64,000 bases of DNA from the NCBI GenBank assembly GCA_964057225.1, contig OZ059895.1:18476001-18540000 (forward strand), written 5' to 3'. The notes beneath the pieces were generated by a model. The model was not told the DNA's origin. It worked only from the letters and a program-made list of their open reading frames with translations, and did not search any database. This document shows positions 1-18,700 of this stretch, piece after piece (the stretch's first letter is position 1; every line of letters starts with the position of its first letter). The position numbers and the translations under genes were made by a program. Origin of the DNA: Auanema rhodensis (lineage: Eukaryota; Animalia; Nematoda).

Positions 1-770
1 GAGCAAGACTTTCAACTGGTTAAAACGCAGGCTGAATAGCGTTTCCCGCTAAACTGCGAGGCAGACCTTTTGAAAATACGCACATGTCCTCACATGGGGA
101 ACCATGCAGTAGAATTAGTACGATACTTTCATATAACGCTACTTTGAAGGCTGGCGTCTCTTGCACCTTTCTAGCGCCTTTTTTTAAATCCGTGGCACAT
201 ATTTGGCAAGAATTTGAATAGCTTGGGTAGAAATTAGTATGTTTGATGTAGACTGCACATCTGTCCGCGTTCTGCCAGAACGCACCTGGGTTGTGAAAAG
301 TACTGAAATGAGACGTTTATGGTTTGCTTATGGGCGGTAACTATTTCAAAATCAATTTGATTTCGATCAATAATGTCTGGGAAGCACTAAAGGGAAAGAT
401 TATGAAAGACTTTTTTTATCGATTACGTGTGTAAAAAAATATTGGAGGTGTGGTTTAAACGATGAGTCATCACAATAAGATAAAATCCTTATAAAAGTTC
501 TACTCATGCTTCGACAAATGCTATGCTTTCTCCGTGAACTTCAAACTTTACTTTTTAATTTCTTTAGTGATCACGAAGAAATACAGATGCAATTTCATTT
601 CGTTTGTCCATGAAATCTTTTAGTAATAAAAAACCTTTTCAATTTTAGCTCAAAACTGTATTTAGACATGTGCTATCGATTTCTGAAAGTTTGTTTGAAA
701 ATTCTAATTTCTTTTAATGCTTTTCCTTGGTGTAACTTTATATCTTCTTTCAAATTTTAGATTTTATTCT

Positions 771-1480
<710 letters not shown>

Positions 1481-1845
1481 ATCGCATGTTATTCATGTTT
1501 ATAATGATGCCTGTCCATTTCTCTTAAAACTTATCAATGTTGTGATATCAAACTGAATGGTTTCAGGTTGGCACAATTCTGTTCAATAAACTGTCATAGG
1601 CTGGTTGAAAGAGTTTGGTTGTATTGTTTATTGTTTTACCGTTTCATATTGTACAAAGTCATTTCTTGTGAATATTTAATGAATTTTATGTAACAAAAGC
1701 TTGATTATAGATACAAATTATGCATAGACACATATGTTAAAGTTGAGCTGTAAGCGCATATATATACAGTATAGAACGTTGGTTAGTCAGGAGTAAGATT
1801 GTACAAATTTTAAATACAACATAGCGAAAAATTCGAAGATTAATT

Positions 1846-4800
1846 TCAAAAAAGCCCTGCCTCTTTTCTTAGACGAATCTGCTTCCATTCTGGAAGAGAG
1901 TAAAACTGGTCCCTCATCATTTGAAATGTATTTGAGAAATCTTCTTCGCTAAGATACTGTTCCAGATTATTAAGATCAATTCCTTCTGGAAGGGCAGAGC
2001 GTTTTCGCAAAGCTTCCAAAGAAAATGTTTTTGTTCGTTCGTCAACAATTTCCTGAAAAAAAGAAAACAGTATTGAAAAACATGAAACGTATACCATCAA
2101 ATGTCTTGGAGGGGAGGATGTGATTGTCTCCTCCGCCTTCATTTCCCACGTTTTCCAAATGGGGAAAAGGGCAATAAACTCTTGCGGTTCATTAGCCTTG
2201 ATAACAACAATAGCTTGACCCTTTGTTTTTGACCAATACTGTTGAACAACATGAAGAGTAAAGTTTGATGGCGGTTTTTCAGACCATAACCAAAGTTGTT
2301 CACCAGCGTCCACAATAATCTAAAAATAAACTAGCTTAAAAAATAACAAAGTAAGTGTTTTACGGTGTCAGTTAAGCGTGATTGCTCAATTGGAAACTCT
2401 AAGTCACTCTGGTATTGTGGACAGATAAGTTCCTCAACTTCTGTTTCATATATTCTGAAAAAACGAGGGCAATAAGTACGGCCCTTAGCCGAAATCCATT
2501 GGATATTTTTGTCATCTCCTTGAACAGAGATTGAAATGGATGGTTTAGTCTATAATATTATTTTATTTTATATAGGCTAGTAGTTAGGAATAACTAACAG
2601 ATAAAGAAAAAGATGCGGCATTTTCTTCCATAACAGTTGCAAGTACAAGACCTGTTTTAACAGAAGTCTCTCTACAATCACACCCTTAAATTGAAAATCA
2701 TTATAAAGATTATTTTTGTTAAACTACCTGCTATTAGTTGAATATTCTTATTTATTTCAATGTATACGGCATGAGACCGAAGAGGTTGAGTTTCATCAAT
2801 TTGTACGGCATGACCCTCTTGAGGTACAGCACCCGAAATCAAGAAGCGATACGGCCCATAATGTAAAGAGGATCTGAAGAAAATAGAAATTGAAGTCATC
2901 AAAGCCATAATCAACTGACTTGATAACAAGTTTTCCATCAAAAAGCTGTAAAAATAAAGAAGTTTCCATTCCTTGCATAATTCTAGAAAAAATCATTCGT
3001 TCACGAGATATAGATATTCAAAGTTACCGAACATGCGGAAACTTGTCCCTATCCATATGAGTTAACTTAAGAGCACATAAACCCTGTTGTTTAGAAGTAG
3101 TATCTTTACCAAGCCAATAGAAAAATGCTACACGCTCTCTGCCCGTTTCTTTCTCAGACTCTTCTCCAGTTTTTAATCGACGAACCCCTATCAAAAAATC
3201 GACATCATCAAAAAAAATTTTTTTATACATACCTGACAGTTGAATACGATACTGCCATCTAATAACATAGCAAGAATCAGAATTAAGGATCGAAGTGTTG
3301 TTGACCTGAATTAATTCTTCTCCTTTTAATTCGAAAAACAATTGATTCTCAGTAACAACATTTTTCATTTGTCTTCCAATATCTTGATCTTCTAAAATAT
3401 GAAAGCCTTAAATGAAATTAAAAACAACTAATTGGTTTACCTAAAGTTGTAACAGGAACTGGATGACGTAAAGAAGCTACATAATCTCCTAACAATCGTG
3501 ATTCTTCTCTCAAATTTCTTTTCACTGATTGAGGACTCTGTGATTCAAGCAGTTCATTAAACTATTTTTCACTCAAACTTACATAGATATTTCTATTGAT
3601 AGGAGTCATAGGAGATCCAATAAATTTAGCTTCATGTGAAACCCAATCCGTAAACTTGGAAGCAAATAGAATGTCCTAAATGTATAGAATCAAAAAAATA
3701 ATCTTAAAGACTATAACGATACTTGGACTCCTTGTATCAGACGCCGGTACAAAACCCATTCAGAACGCGATTCTTTAAAATATTCCCCTAGTAATTCCGC
3801 AGAGCCATGAACGGGCTTTTTCATCTTAAAAAATAATTTCTGATCAGAAAAAAAATTTTTTATACCAGTTGCTGAGCATATTCTACAGCATATCGTCCAG
3901 TAGTTTTGCGTGCATTTCTTCCACTCCAAACATATATCTCGGATCCAAAGTCAAAAATTAGTGTCTGTAAATTTGAAAAAATAAAGGGGAATAAATTATA
4001 TTTTTCGCTTAATTTCGAACCGATTTTATTTTATTTCTAATATAACTAACTGTACAACAATGCCTTGGTCCCTTCACAACCGGACGATACACACCGGTAT
4101 TTTCTTTACGCGAAGTGTCAGAAAACCAAAGAAATAGTATTAACCAATGGACACAGACAAGAGAACAAGAAAGAGCCCAGAAAGGAAGAGGGGCAGCGAA
4201 AAGGGGCTTTTCATGTGAGCCGTTCGTTGTCGACGTCCTCTATTCGTTCGACGACGACAATCCAACAGACAAGGCCAAGAAGAAGAGAATTTATTTACTC
4301 TGTTACGTAAACATCAAGAGAGCTAAAAGCGATCCTTCTTTTAACTTATAAACAATCGAAATATTTTAATACACTGATCCAAACTAAGAAATATTAGGTC
4401 CCTAGAAAATTGTGTTCATGGTCTAATCAAGTATATCTGACGATCTTCCATGGGATACCTGTGTACAACATCCCCTCCTTGAGAAGTGAAAAGAGGTCGT
4501 CGTACGGCGTAATAGGTCTACTAAAGGATAATATTAACCTGCCCAGAATCTATTTATATTATGTCCTCTCTTCAGCCCCACCTCACACCCAAAACAACCC
4601 CCCGCTCGCTAATATTCCCTCGGATGAAATTTATTCTTAATAAGTTATGTCTCTGGTTTTTAATGTTACTGAATGAGATTTGGAATATTAAATAAGAATA
4701 GGCAAGAGGAGATTAACTGACAAGATAGGCAGAAGATAAACTGTCAAATAAACTAGTCTTAATAAAGATGAACATACATCATTAGGCTGTAGCAATGAAT

Positions 4801-6377
4801 ATCGAACCCGTTCTCCTTTAATCACCGATTGAAGTTTGTAATCATCAGTAACTCTGAAAACACATAATGACTGCTTTTTTCACTTTTGCAAGCAAGACTC
4901 AAAAAAAACATATTGTGTCAACAAAAAAACCGACCTTAGTACCAGGTTTAATCTGGCCACAGTACATTCAAACGGTTCCAAAGGTAAATCCGGCTCTTCG
5001 CCGATGTCATCTCCGCTCAAAAGCAGAAGCAGGGGTGTTGTTGAACCTTAAACAGGTTCTTTATGCCGTTTCTTCAAGCATTTTTAGCAAAATAATGAAC
5101 ACAAACCGGTAATCACTTCCACTTTCTTAGCATTACAGCATAGGTCACCTTTGGTAGCTATATCTATACAAATTTGAGCAGCCTACAACAATCCACTAGT
5201 ATTTATGTATATTAGTAAAAAATACGTGATGCAAGAATAATTTCAAGAATACTAACCTTAGTTCTTTCCAAGATATTGCTATTTTCACCTTCGTATTTAA
5301 CTAGTCGATCCGGAGTGACTAGTATAAATACAGCACTGCTGTGAATAGAAGATAGTAGAGGAGCGACAAGACGCACATCAACCTTTTTATCTCCTAAATA
5401 TTTTTAACTTCAAATACTTGTTTCTGATAATTGTCTCAAAATATCTATATGTTCAATACAAATATATCCCTTTGTACCTTTAACTCGAATTAGCATCTTA
5501 GAAGGATAGGGCGAAACATATTCATGATGTTTTAAACCATCTTTAGCGGCGGAATAATCCTCAATGGCTTGAAGTCCCACTTTGGCTGATTTTGCAATAT
5601 CTCCAGAAAGATCATCATCTAAAATTGGTAGATTCACCCGACTGTCCCGAGGATCCTAAACAAAGAGTTTAGTTGGCCAAATCGGAGAAAATCTCTTAAC
5701 CTCGGCAAAACAGATAGTGTCTGTGTCGATCTCAGCTATACGATTGGTACGCAAATTTCCACGGTTAACACAACGTGGACGAGGACGTCGAGGTGTAACA
5801 AGGCTGAAATGAAAAATTGAAAAATGAACAATGGATCGTATAAAAATGTGGCCAAAACACTTACAATTCAGTCTTCTCTATACAATCGAGGTCAAGATCT
5901 AACGAAACATTAGGAGTTGCACTTGAGTTATGAGGAAAAAATGATTCTAAACCCTTATCAATGTTAAGTAGTATCCCACGTTTAGAAGGATTATCTGTAA
6001 TCGATGCACAAATACGATAAAAGCACAAATGAATAGAGACTTTACACTCACCAGCTGATATTGTAGATGCTTTCACATAGGCTGGAGGCTTGTTCTCAGT
6101 TCCCGGTACACGAGGAGGTTTCTTAACACAAGGAATACGTCGTGAAGCTGGATTCAACTTTTGAAGATCATCATCTTTCTTTACACGATTCTGCCAACAG
6201 TCAGCGCTCTACATTCTAATTTTATTTCATTTTTAGGTAAGATCTGAAAACCTTTGAGAGAGCAGATAATCTGTCTTGTATTGATGATTTGATAGGAGTG
6301 GCAAAACTAGAATTAGGTGAAAATTTTTTTTCTCCTTTTACAGCTTCAATTAAAGAATTCCTCCTGTCTGCTATCAT
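1846..6377 (-). CDS. viln-1: Supervillin/villin-like protein with gelsolin repeats and C-terminal villin headpiece (multi-exon; 5' end uncertain)
   Basis: Headpiece LEQYLSEEDFSNTFQMMRDQFYSLPEWKQIRLRKEAGLF; supervillin-like segments PYPSKMLIRVKG, TGRERVAFFYWLGK, SIQDRLSALSK. Confidence 0.85.
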
Positions 6378-8183
6378 AAGCCTGTAACACATGTTATAAA
6401 AGGTTGGTAGATTTTGATCTGTCGTAGCGAACACCAGTATTTTATCTCAGTGAATCAATAAGTTTATAAAGCTTATGAAAATTTTGTAAGCCTTAAAAAT
6501 AAGAAGATGATATAGTGAAAAGATGCGTGTTGGGCGATCTGAATCACATGGTCGTTTTGTATGAGCAACAATTCAGAAAAAAAATCAAAACATTATTTTG
6601 GATGGGAAAGTTTTTTAATCATTGAAACTAAATGGTATTTGATTAGAAACGTAAACATCTTCTCCACAATTTTTAGTTATTTAAAAGACAGAAACCTAGT
6701 ATGATTGAACGTATTTTGAACATATGGATTGAATCATAGAACAGCGATAATTCAAAAATTCAAATTTATGAGGCGAAAAACATGACATTCCCTACATGTG
6801 TGGAAAAGGGATAGAGAATGTACTAAAAGAGTAATCAGTAAAAAAAAATCAATTCTAATCTGAGAGAAGAGCAGATATATTTGGATGCTTGAAATCTATT
6901 GGTGTATAGAAATGAGCGATGAAAGATCATTCTATTTGTTATATGAGAAATAAGCGGTTGCATGCAAGCATATTATTATAATAAAATGTTTCAAATAGTA
7001 ATAGATAAGTTTTCAGATTGATCAGTAGTCGAATCGTAAATCAGCTGGAGAAGCCTCGGAATCATCTGATTTTGATTTGAGAAGAGGGCGCCAAATAGGG
7101 AGAGAGCGCCGCAAATGGTTCAAGGACGGCTGGCGACTGACTCAACATCGACGACCGACCGTTGGACCCCTGCCCAAAACAGGCCGCCGCCCGCATAACG
7201 TTTGCCAGGTTCTGTTCAAAATCCGTTTAATTATGTGTTCCTTAATAATTATTTTCTATATATCAAATAGTATTCTAATCGAAGAATATTTGATGAACAT
7301 GTTTAGGCAATAGTAGTTTGTAGTATTCTTGCTTTAAGTACTGCGAAAATTGTGCTATTCAACGATGTCTTGCGTATATTGATATATAGGAGTGTTCGTT
7401 CACCCTTTCGGTTTTTTAAACTTTCTGTTCTATTATTCTGCTGAAATTAATTTTTTTCTTTCTTTTAATAAAATGAAAAATTGTTTTATTATAACGGCCA
7501 TAGTTTCGCGATCATTGATTATTACGTTTTATGGCTGATATGTTGCAATCATATCTCTTTTAATATTAGATATTCCTTATTAATTGGTTTCATTCACCAG
7601 TTCTATTCATATATAATCTTTTACATTCTTCAAGTATAACTAAAATTATAATAGTTTAATGTTGTTGAATGTTGTTATTTGTTGTATCACTTTGTAACGA
7701 AATGTTGAGGATGCAACCAAAAATTATTTATTTTCTATTTTAACACATGATATTTCATGTTAAGTTTTTATTGTATATTTAGTCTGATAGTGACAAATAT
7801 TATCGCTAGGCAGCAGTAGTTCAACAGAAGAAACAATCTTCATGGCTTGTTATGGGTTTTTAATGTTTGTTGCCTTTTATGGTACTGATTTTTCGTGTTG
7901 GGTTTCACGTTCATTGTCTTTTTTGAGCATATTTCTGCTGTTTTTTCTTGTTTTACTTTCTAATACTTCAACATATCATTGATGTGTCAAATTGTCAACA
8001 TCTTTAGCTCACCTATTTTATATGACTCATTGGCATAAAGGCTTTGCGACGACCTTATTTGAACATTGCCTTTTCTTTTTATGATTTCCACGTTTATTTT
8101 TGTGATTGATTTTTGAGTTTCTATTTGGGCTTCTTATATTTTCTTGTTTCAATTTTTTTTATTTCTAACCTTTTCAGATATCA

Positions 8184-13264
<5,081 letters not shown>

Positions 13265-13784
13265 TCTTTCAATCATCTACTTATTATGTACTATAGATCT
13301 ACTTAACTTTTTTACTTTGTGATTCAAATTGTGCTTGTAGATGATTCCTTCATGTCTCAAGCATTGTTTAGGATTCATTAAGTTTCTTTCTCATTTGTTC
13401 TAATTTATCAAGCATTTCTTTCTTTTTTCATGTTTTTCTTTTTATTTCCGATTGAATCTAACTTCTGCCTCGTAAAGTATTACTTTTGATGGGTCTTCCT
13501 TTATATTCTCTACCTATTGTAGATTGTGCAATTTATCAATATATGGGCACTAAAAGATATTGACGGGCTTTTTTTTAACACTTCATCAATTTTTTATAAT
13601 TTTCTGTTATAGTTTTAGCTATTTGTAAGCGAAACTTCTGACAATTTGTTGTGACTATTTATTTATAGCATGTAATTATCTGTATTAACTTTTATTGTGC
13701 TTATATTATCGTTTAAACGATTCTTATCTGTAAAAATATTGAAAAGTTCCGCGTAACATTTAACTATCAACGTTTTGAACAGGT

Positions 13785-15519
13785 ATGGTAGTAGAAGGCT
13801 GGGGTAAAATAGTGTCTGCTTCCTATGATCAAAACATTCGAGTATGGGATCCAACAGCTGGGAAAGTTATTTTAACTATGCCTCATGCAGAAGCTCAGGT
13901 AATTCAATTTTTGATGGGATATATTATGGGTTATTTAAAATATTAGGTTAATGCTATGGCCTTTCAACCTAACACGCATCATTTGGCTGTAGCTTCTTGG
14001 CAAAAAGTTAGGCTTTTTGATATAGTAAGCCCCCAATCTCCGTTAGTGGGCTCATTTGAAGGTGTCCCTCGCAATATTACTTGTGTTGGTTTCGACGTTA
14101 GTTCTACTCTTTCTGAACAATATCAAACTAAAGATTTTAAGCATTTTGGGAGATGCATGTTCACTGGAGGAGAAGATGGATATTGTAGAGTTTATGACAC
14201 ACGTTCTGTCCATTTCAAAGTAAACCCGTATTTTCAGGTAAAAAAATAGAGCTTTTTTATCTAAATATATCGTTCGCTTTTCCTTTTTCACTTCTATACA
14301 CCACATGAAAAATGGATATTACAAACATAGAAAGGAATGTCCATCCAAGTATTAATATTTGGAATCATATTACTATAATATGACAGGTTGCGCCTGCCCG
14401 TTGTCGGTCTGTGCAAATAGTTCATTCTCTCATAGTATATTGATTCATCCTATTTACTCTGTATTTTGCTAGTACTTCTAGCTTACTGAGATTTCCATTT
14501 TATAGGTTTCTAGTCCTATTACTTCAGTAGTCTTGATAAATGGTGCTGAATTTTTCATTGCTGATCAAAATGGAAACGTTACACTTTGGGATCTTAGTAA
14601 ACCAAATGGCGGAGTAGACGTACTTTTTTTTTTATTATTTAAAAAACTTTTTTTAATTTAGCATTTATTACCAATGCCTAAACTAATGACAATGGAATTC
14701 GTAGTGAAACTTGCTGTACATCCAGCATGCCACACTTTAACAGGAATTACAAATAGAGGTCGGTTTGTTACTTTGAAAATATCTTTGAGTAATGTTGCAT
14801 ACTAATGATTTTCTCCAATCGATAATTCTATTTTTGGTTTATCGAAAACGTTGTTTCTGTTTTTGTTTTGCAATTCCGTGATTCATGAGTCTCTCGGGGA
14901 AAATTTCCTGAACAGGCTCCAATGTTTCTCTATTCGATACATTCCCCCCCCCCACCCTCCCTTTGAAAATCTTTTTTCTCACGAAAGTTATTTTTTGTTA
15001 TGCATCTTCAAATTTTGCAGGATTTTTGATCACGTGGTCTTTGCAACCTGATGAACAAATGGGTAATCCATGTCCTGAACTATCAACGGTGTGCAGCCTT
15101 GTCAACTTTCGACAAATTAGTCCTAATCATGGTCTCAGTCTCAGGTCTTTGTTATGATTAAAAAATCAACATAATTTAATCTTTAGGTATACACCGGATG
15201 GAGAAAACTTAGTTATAACATTTTCCGACAGTAGTATTTATGTTATTAATACTCAGACTTATAATCAAAGTAGACACATGAATGCGCAATGTGACTGGAA
15301 TTGGGACGCTGTGTTCACGAAGGACGGACGGTGAGTGATCTATTATTGGCCAATGGTTCAATATAAGTTGCATTGAGTATAAACAATTGTTTCAGGAAAA
15401 TGTTTACCGGAGGAAATGATAATAAAGTTAAAGTTTGGGATTTTGAAACCGGAACTATTATTAGTAGATTCGAGGGACATGCTAAGCCTATCACTGCTCT
15501 ATGTTTAACAGAAAACTAA
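13785..15519 (+). CDS. mlst-8: TOR complex subunit LST8/GbetaL (WD40)
   Basis: IVSASYDQNIRVWDP...HAEAQVNAMAFQPNTHHLAVASWQKVRLFDI, MFTGGEDGYCRVYD, WNWDAVFT, FEGHAKPITALCL match the LST8 pattern. Confidence 0.85.
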
Positions 15520-15757
15520 ATTACTTGACTGGTTATTAATGATTCTCATCCAAATTTGTTGTTGTAATACCTCTAGTCGAATGATTTCATGATTGTAAAT
15601 ATGCTCGAAATGTTGCCTATAGACTGCTAAAGATTTATTATTCTTTTTTTTTATCTGGCGTTCAGTCGCTCATTATACTTTTCTAATTTTGAAGGTACTA
15701 TATGAGTGTAGAAAATAATTATAGAATATAAGCGAAATTTAAAAAGCGCTTCACGCC

Positions 15758-18700
15758 ATGTTTGCTCGGAAAGCTAAGTCGTCCGACATCATGACGAGCG
15801 TGCAGCGCTTCACTGATATGAATAGGTTAATAAGTTACATATACTCTATCTAATTTTTAAAAATATTCAGGGATAGTGTGAGTCGGGTTAAGCATTTGAA
15901 ATTCCTACTGGATACATTATCAATACATGTAGGATAATATCTTTACACATAAGATAAATGGTTTACTTTAGGAGAAGAGACAACTCATAGATGATTACAG
16001 TTTTGAAACATTTCATTTAGTAGACGAACTATTATTAGCCACTGATATTGCATCGAATCCACAGGGTTTTTAAATCTATAAAGTGTTTTTGTTATTTCTG
16101 ACTTTCAGGCGGTATGGAAGCAGAGAGTGGGTTATGGACACTTGAGCAAGTGCTCTGCTTAGCTCCAGAATTAGTAGGAAACGGTATATAATACAATAGT
16201 TGTTTATTTATTTATTTAATTGGTATTTCATTGAAGGTTGGCAACGTCATGCTATTGAATCTTTACTCAAAAAAGCTATTTATCCTAGAAATTTATTAGC
16301 TGTGCGAAAGATTGCTATAAGGCTGTTTCTTATATTCTATCAAAGCTTAAGCGTGTTTGGCAAAGTTACATCAGATTTAGACAGAGTTTTTCAATGCTTA
16401 TTGCCCTTCTTCCCTCTGAGAAATGGTGATAGCACTGAATTAGTTCTTCAGGAGTATTGTCAAAGTGCAGGTAAATCTAGAATCTTAATCTATCAATTTT
16501 TTGAAATTTAAGGCACAGTTCAATGGACTGATGGGTTTAAAGCCGATTCACCTGGTTCCGCTGGACCGAGTGCTAAAGAACGTGCCCAAATGCTCCAGGT
16601 TCGATCACGTCCAAGAAATATATTGAATTATTCTGCATAGGTTTATTTGGATAAATTCCTGGAATATTGTACTAGAGAATCCACAAGAATAGAATGGAAT
16701 GATGAATCACGACGATTGGAGTGCGCTAAGTTTATTATTGAAAAGTGGGTTTAATAAGTAAAGCAATGTTTTAAAAGTATTTTTTGAAGGGTTATACAGC
16801 TCTATATTTGTGAGTGTTTCCCTGACTTAGAAAACAATGGAGTTGATATCTTTGGCGGATGGGAAGGAGCCGGGGACAGTGGTGAGCCCCTTGACACTGC
16901 GGATCCTGTTGTAATTGCTAGGTAAAAAAAATGTGAAAAATTGATAAATAATATCATATTTAAGATACTGGCTTATTCGATGGATCAACAACGTTGCAGG
17001 AGCCAAGCAGCAGCCAGCAGGATCTATTCATGCTGGAATGCTGCTTTTTCATGATGCATTATTTTCATCACAGAAGGCTACTAATACAGCTTTAACATTA
17101 ATGCGAGAAGCTATGATTCTGCCTTTGCCTTGCAGTAATGTTATACATAAAGTAAAACTTCTTAGAAATATCCACTAAAGTTTCAAAATTGAAGGTTGTC
17201 GGGGTTCTAACAAATTGGCTGCTACAATATGAAATTCCACCATTCGTTTCTTCAGGAGAAGTGAAACATAATTGTTTTTATATAATTTTAAACGTTACAT
17301 GGTTAAGGTTTCTATTGAATCATCATCATTACTTATTATTAACATGATGCTGTCCTTTTTTCAATCTCCATATCTACTTCAACCTGGAGATCGTATAACA
17401 TCTACTGTAGGAATATCGTTCTCAATTTTAAGAGCATGCAGAGATTTGGTGGCGAACCGAATACAGTTACCTAAACCTTTAAACGTTCGAGTTTGGTATG
17501 TTAAGTCAAAATAAATAAAAAAGTAATTATAATTTATAGGTCAGAGCTAATGATTCGTCTTTGCGAATCAGCATCTCGTATATGTTCCCACTCAGATAAA
17601 TCATCACAAGAGACATCTGGAGCTTTTGCGAGTACAATTTTATATAATATGATTTTACTTAAGGTGAAATGCAAACTAACTGATTTTAGTAAACTGTTAT
17701 TCAGGCAGTCCGACGAGTTGATCTGGAAGACAAGTTGTGGGATGATATTCATAATGTTTTCCAACATGGAATATGGGTTCAAATGGCGCATCAATGGTCA
17801 AAGGTATAAATAGTAAAATTTAAACAAGCTGTCGTATGAATTTGACTCTTCTTGAATATTCACGTCTTGTGGCAAAAGGAGTTTCTGTAGAACAAAAACA
17901 TATAAATGTGTTTTTCTTTTCTTTGTTTTCTCATTACGCATATTATGTTTATGTTTATAAACAAAAAATCTTCCAGATCGTTAGGAGTACCACGAGAGCA
18001 TTAGTATTACATTTGGCACATACTGACATTTTCTCTAAAGAAGAATTAGAAAGACAAACTGTACGTTTCCTATTATAAGTGAAAATTTTGATTGTTTTGT
18101 TTTTAAGGTTGGAGCAGCGCAGAACAAGGCAATTAAGGAACGAGTGGATACTGCTAGCATTGATGAACAATCTGTAGATAGCTCAGATGTAGGCGAAGAT
18201 AATGTTTTTGATGAAACTGATGATGTAACTAATTCTGTTGCCGTAAGTATTCATTTGGATATAACTATAATAGATATAATTTAGTCCTGGTCTGGAGATT
18301 CTACTATTTGGCTTCAAGTATGGAGAAGAGTTTTGTGTTTGTTTGGGCCACATTCAAATGCTAATGCTATTATAGCTATCGAAGCCATTTCTCAGACTAT
18401 AACTCAACTTCTTCAAGTAAAATTTAACATTAATTTGATCCAAATTTGGAGCTTTTAGGTGAATTTGGATCAATTAGCGCATTGGCTTGCCGCCAGGCTT
18501 GTTAATGCTCCTATTCAGGTTCTTCCTCATTGCATAGGAGCTCTTGGTGCTGTTTTGAACTGCAATAGGCCAGCACCGAAATTACTTCAGACTCACATAT
18601 TATTAAGTTTCCAACGTTTAATTCAAGCTAATGATCGACAGGTGTGTTAAATTTTATTCAAGTTTTTTTCATAGCTTATCTTCAGGTTTTACCATATGTG

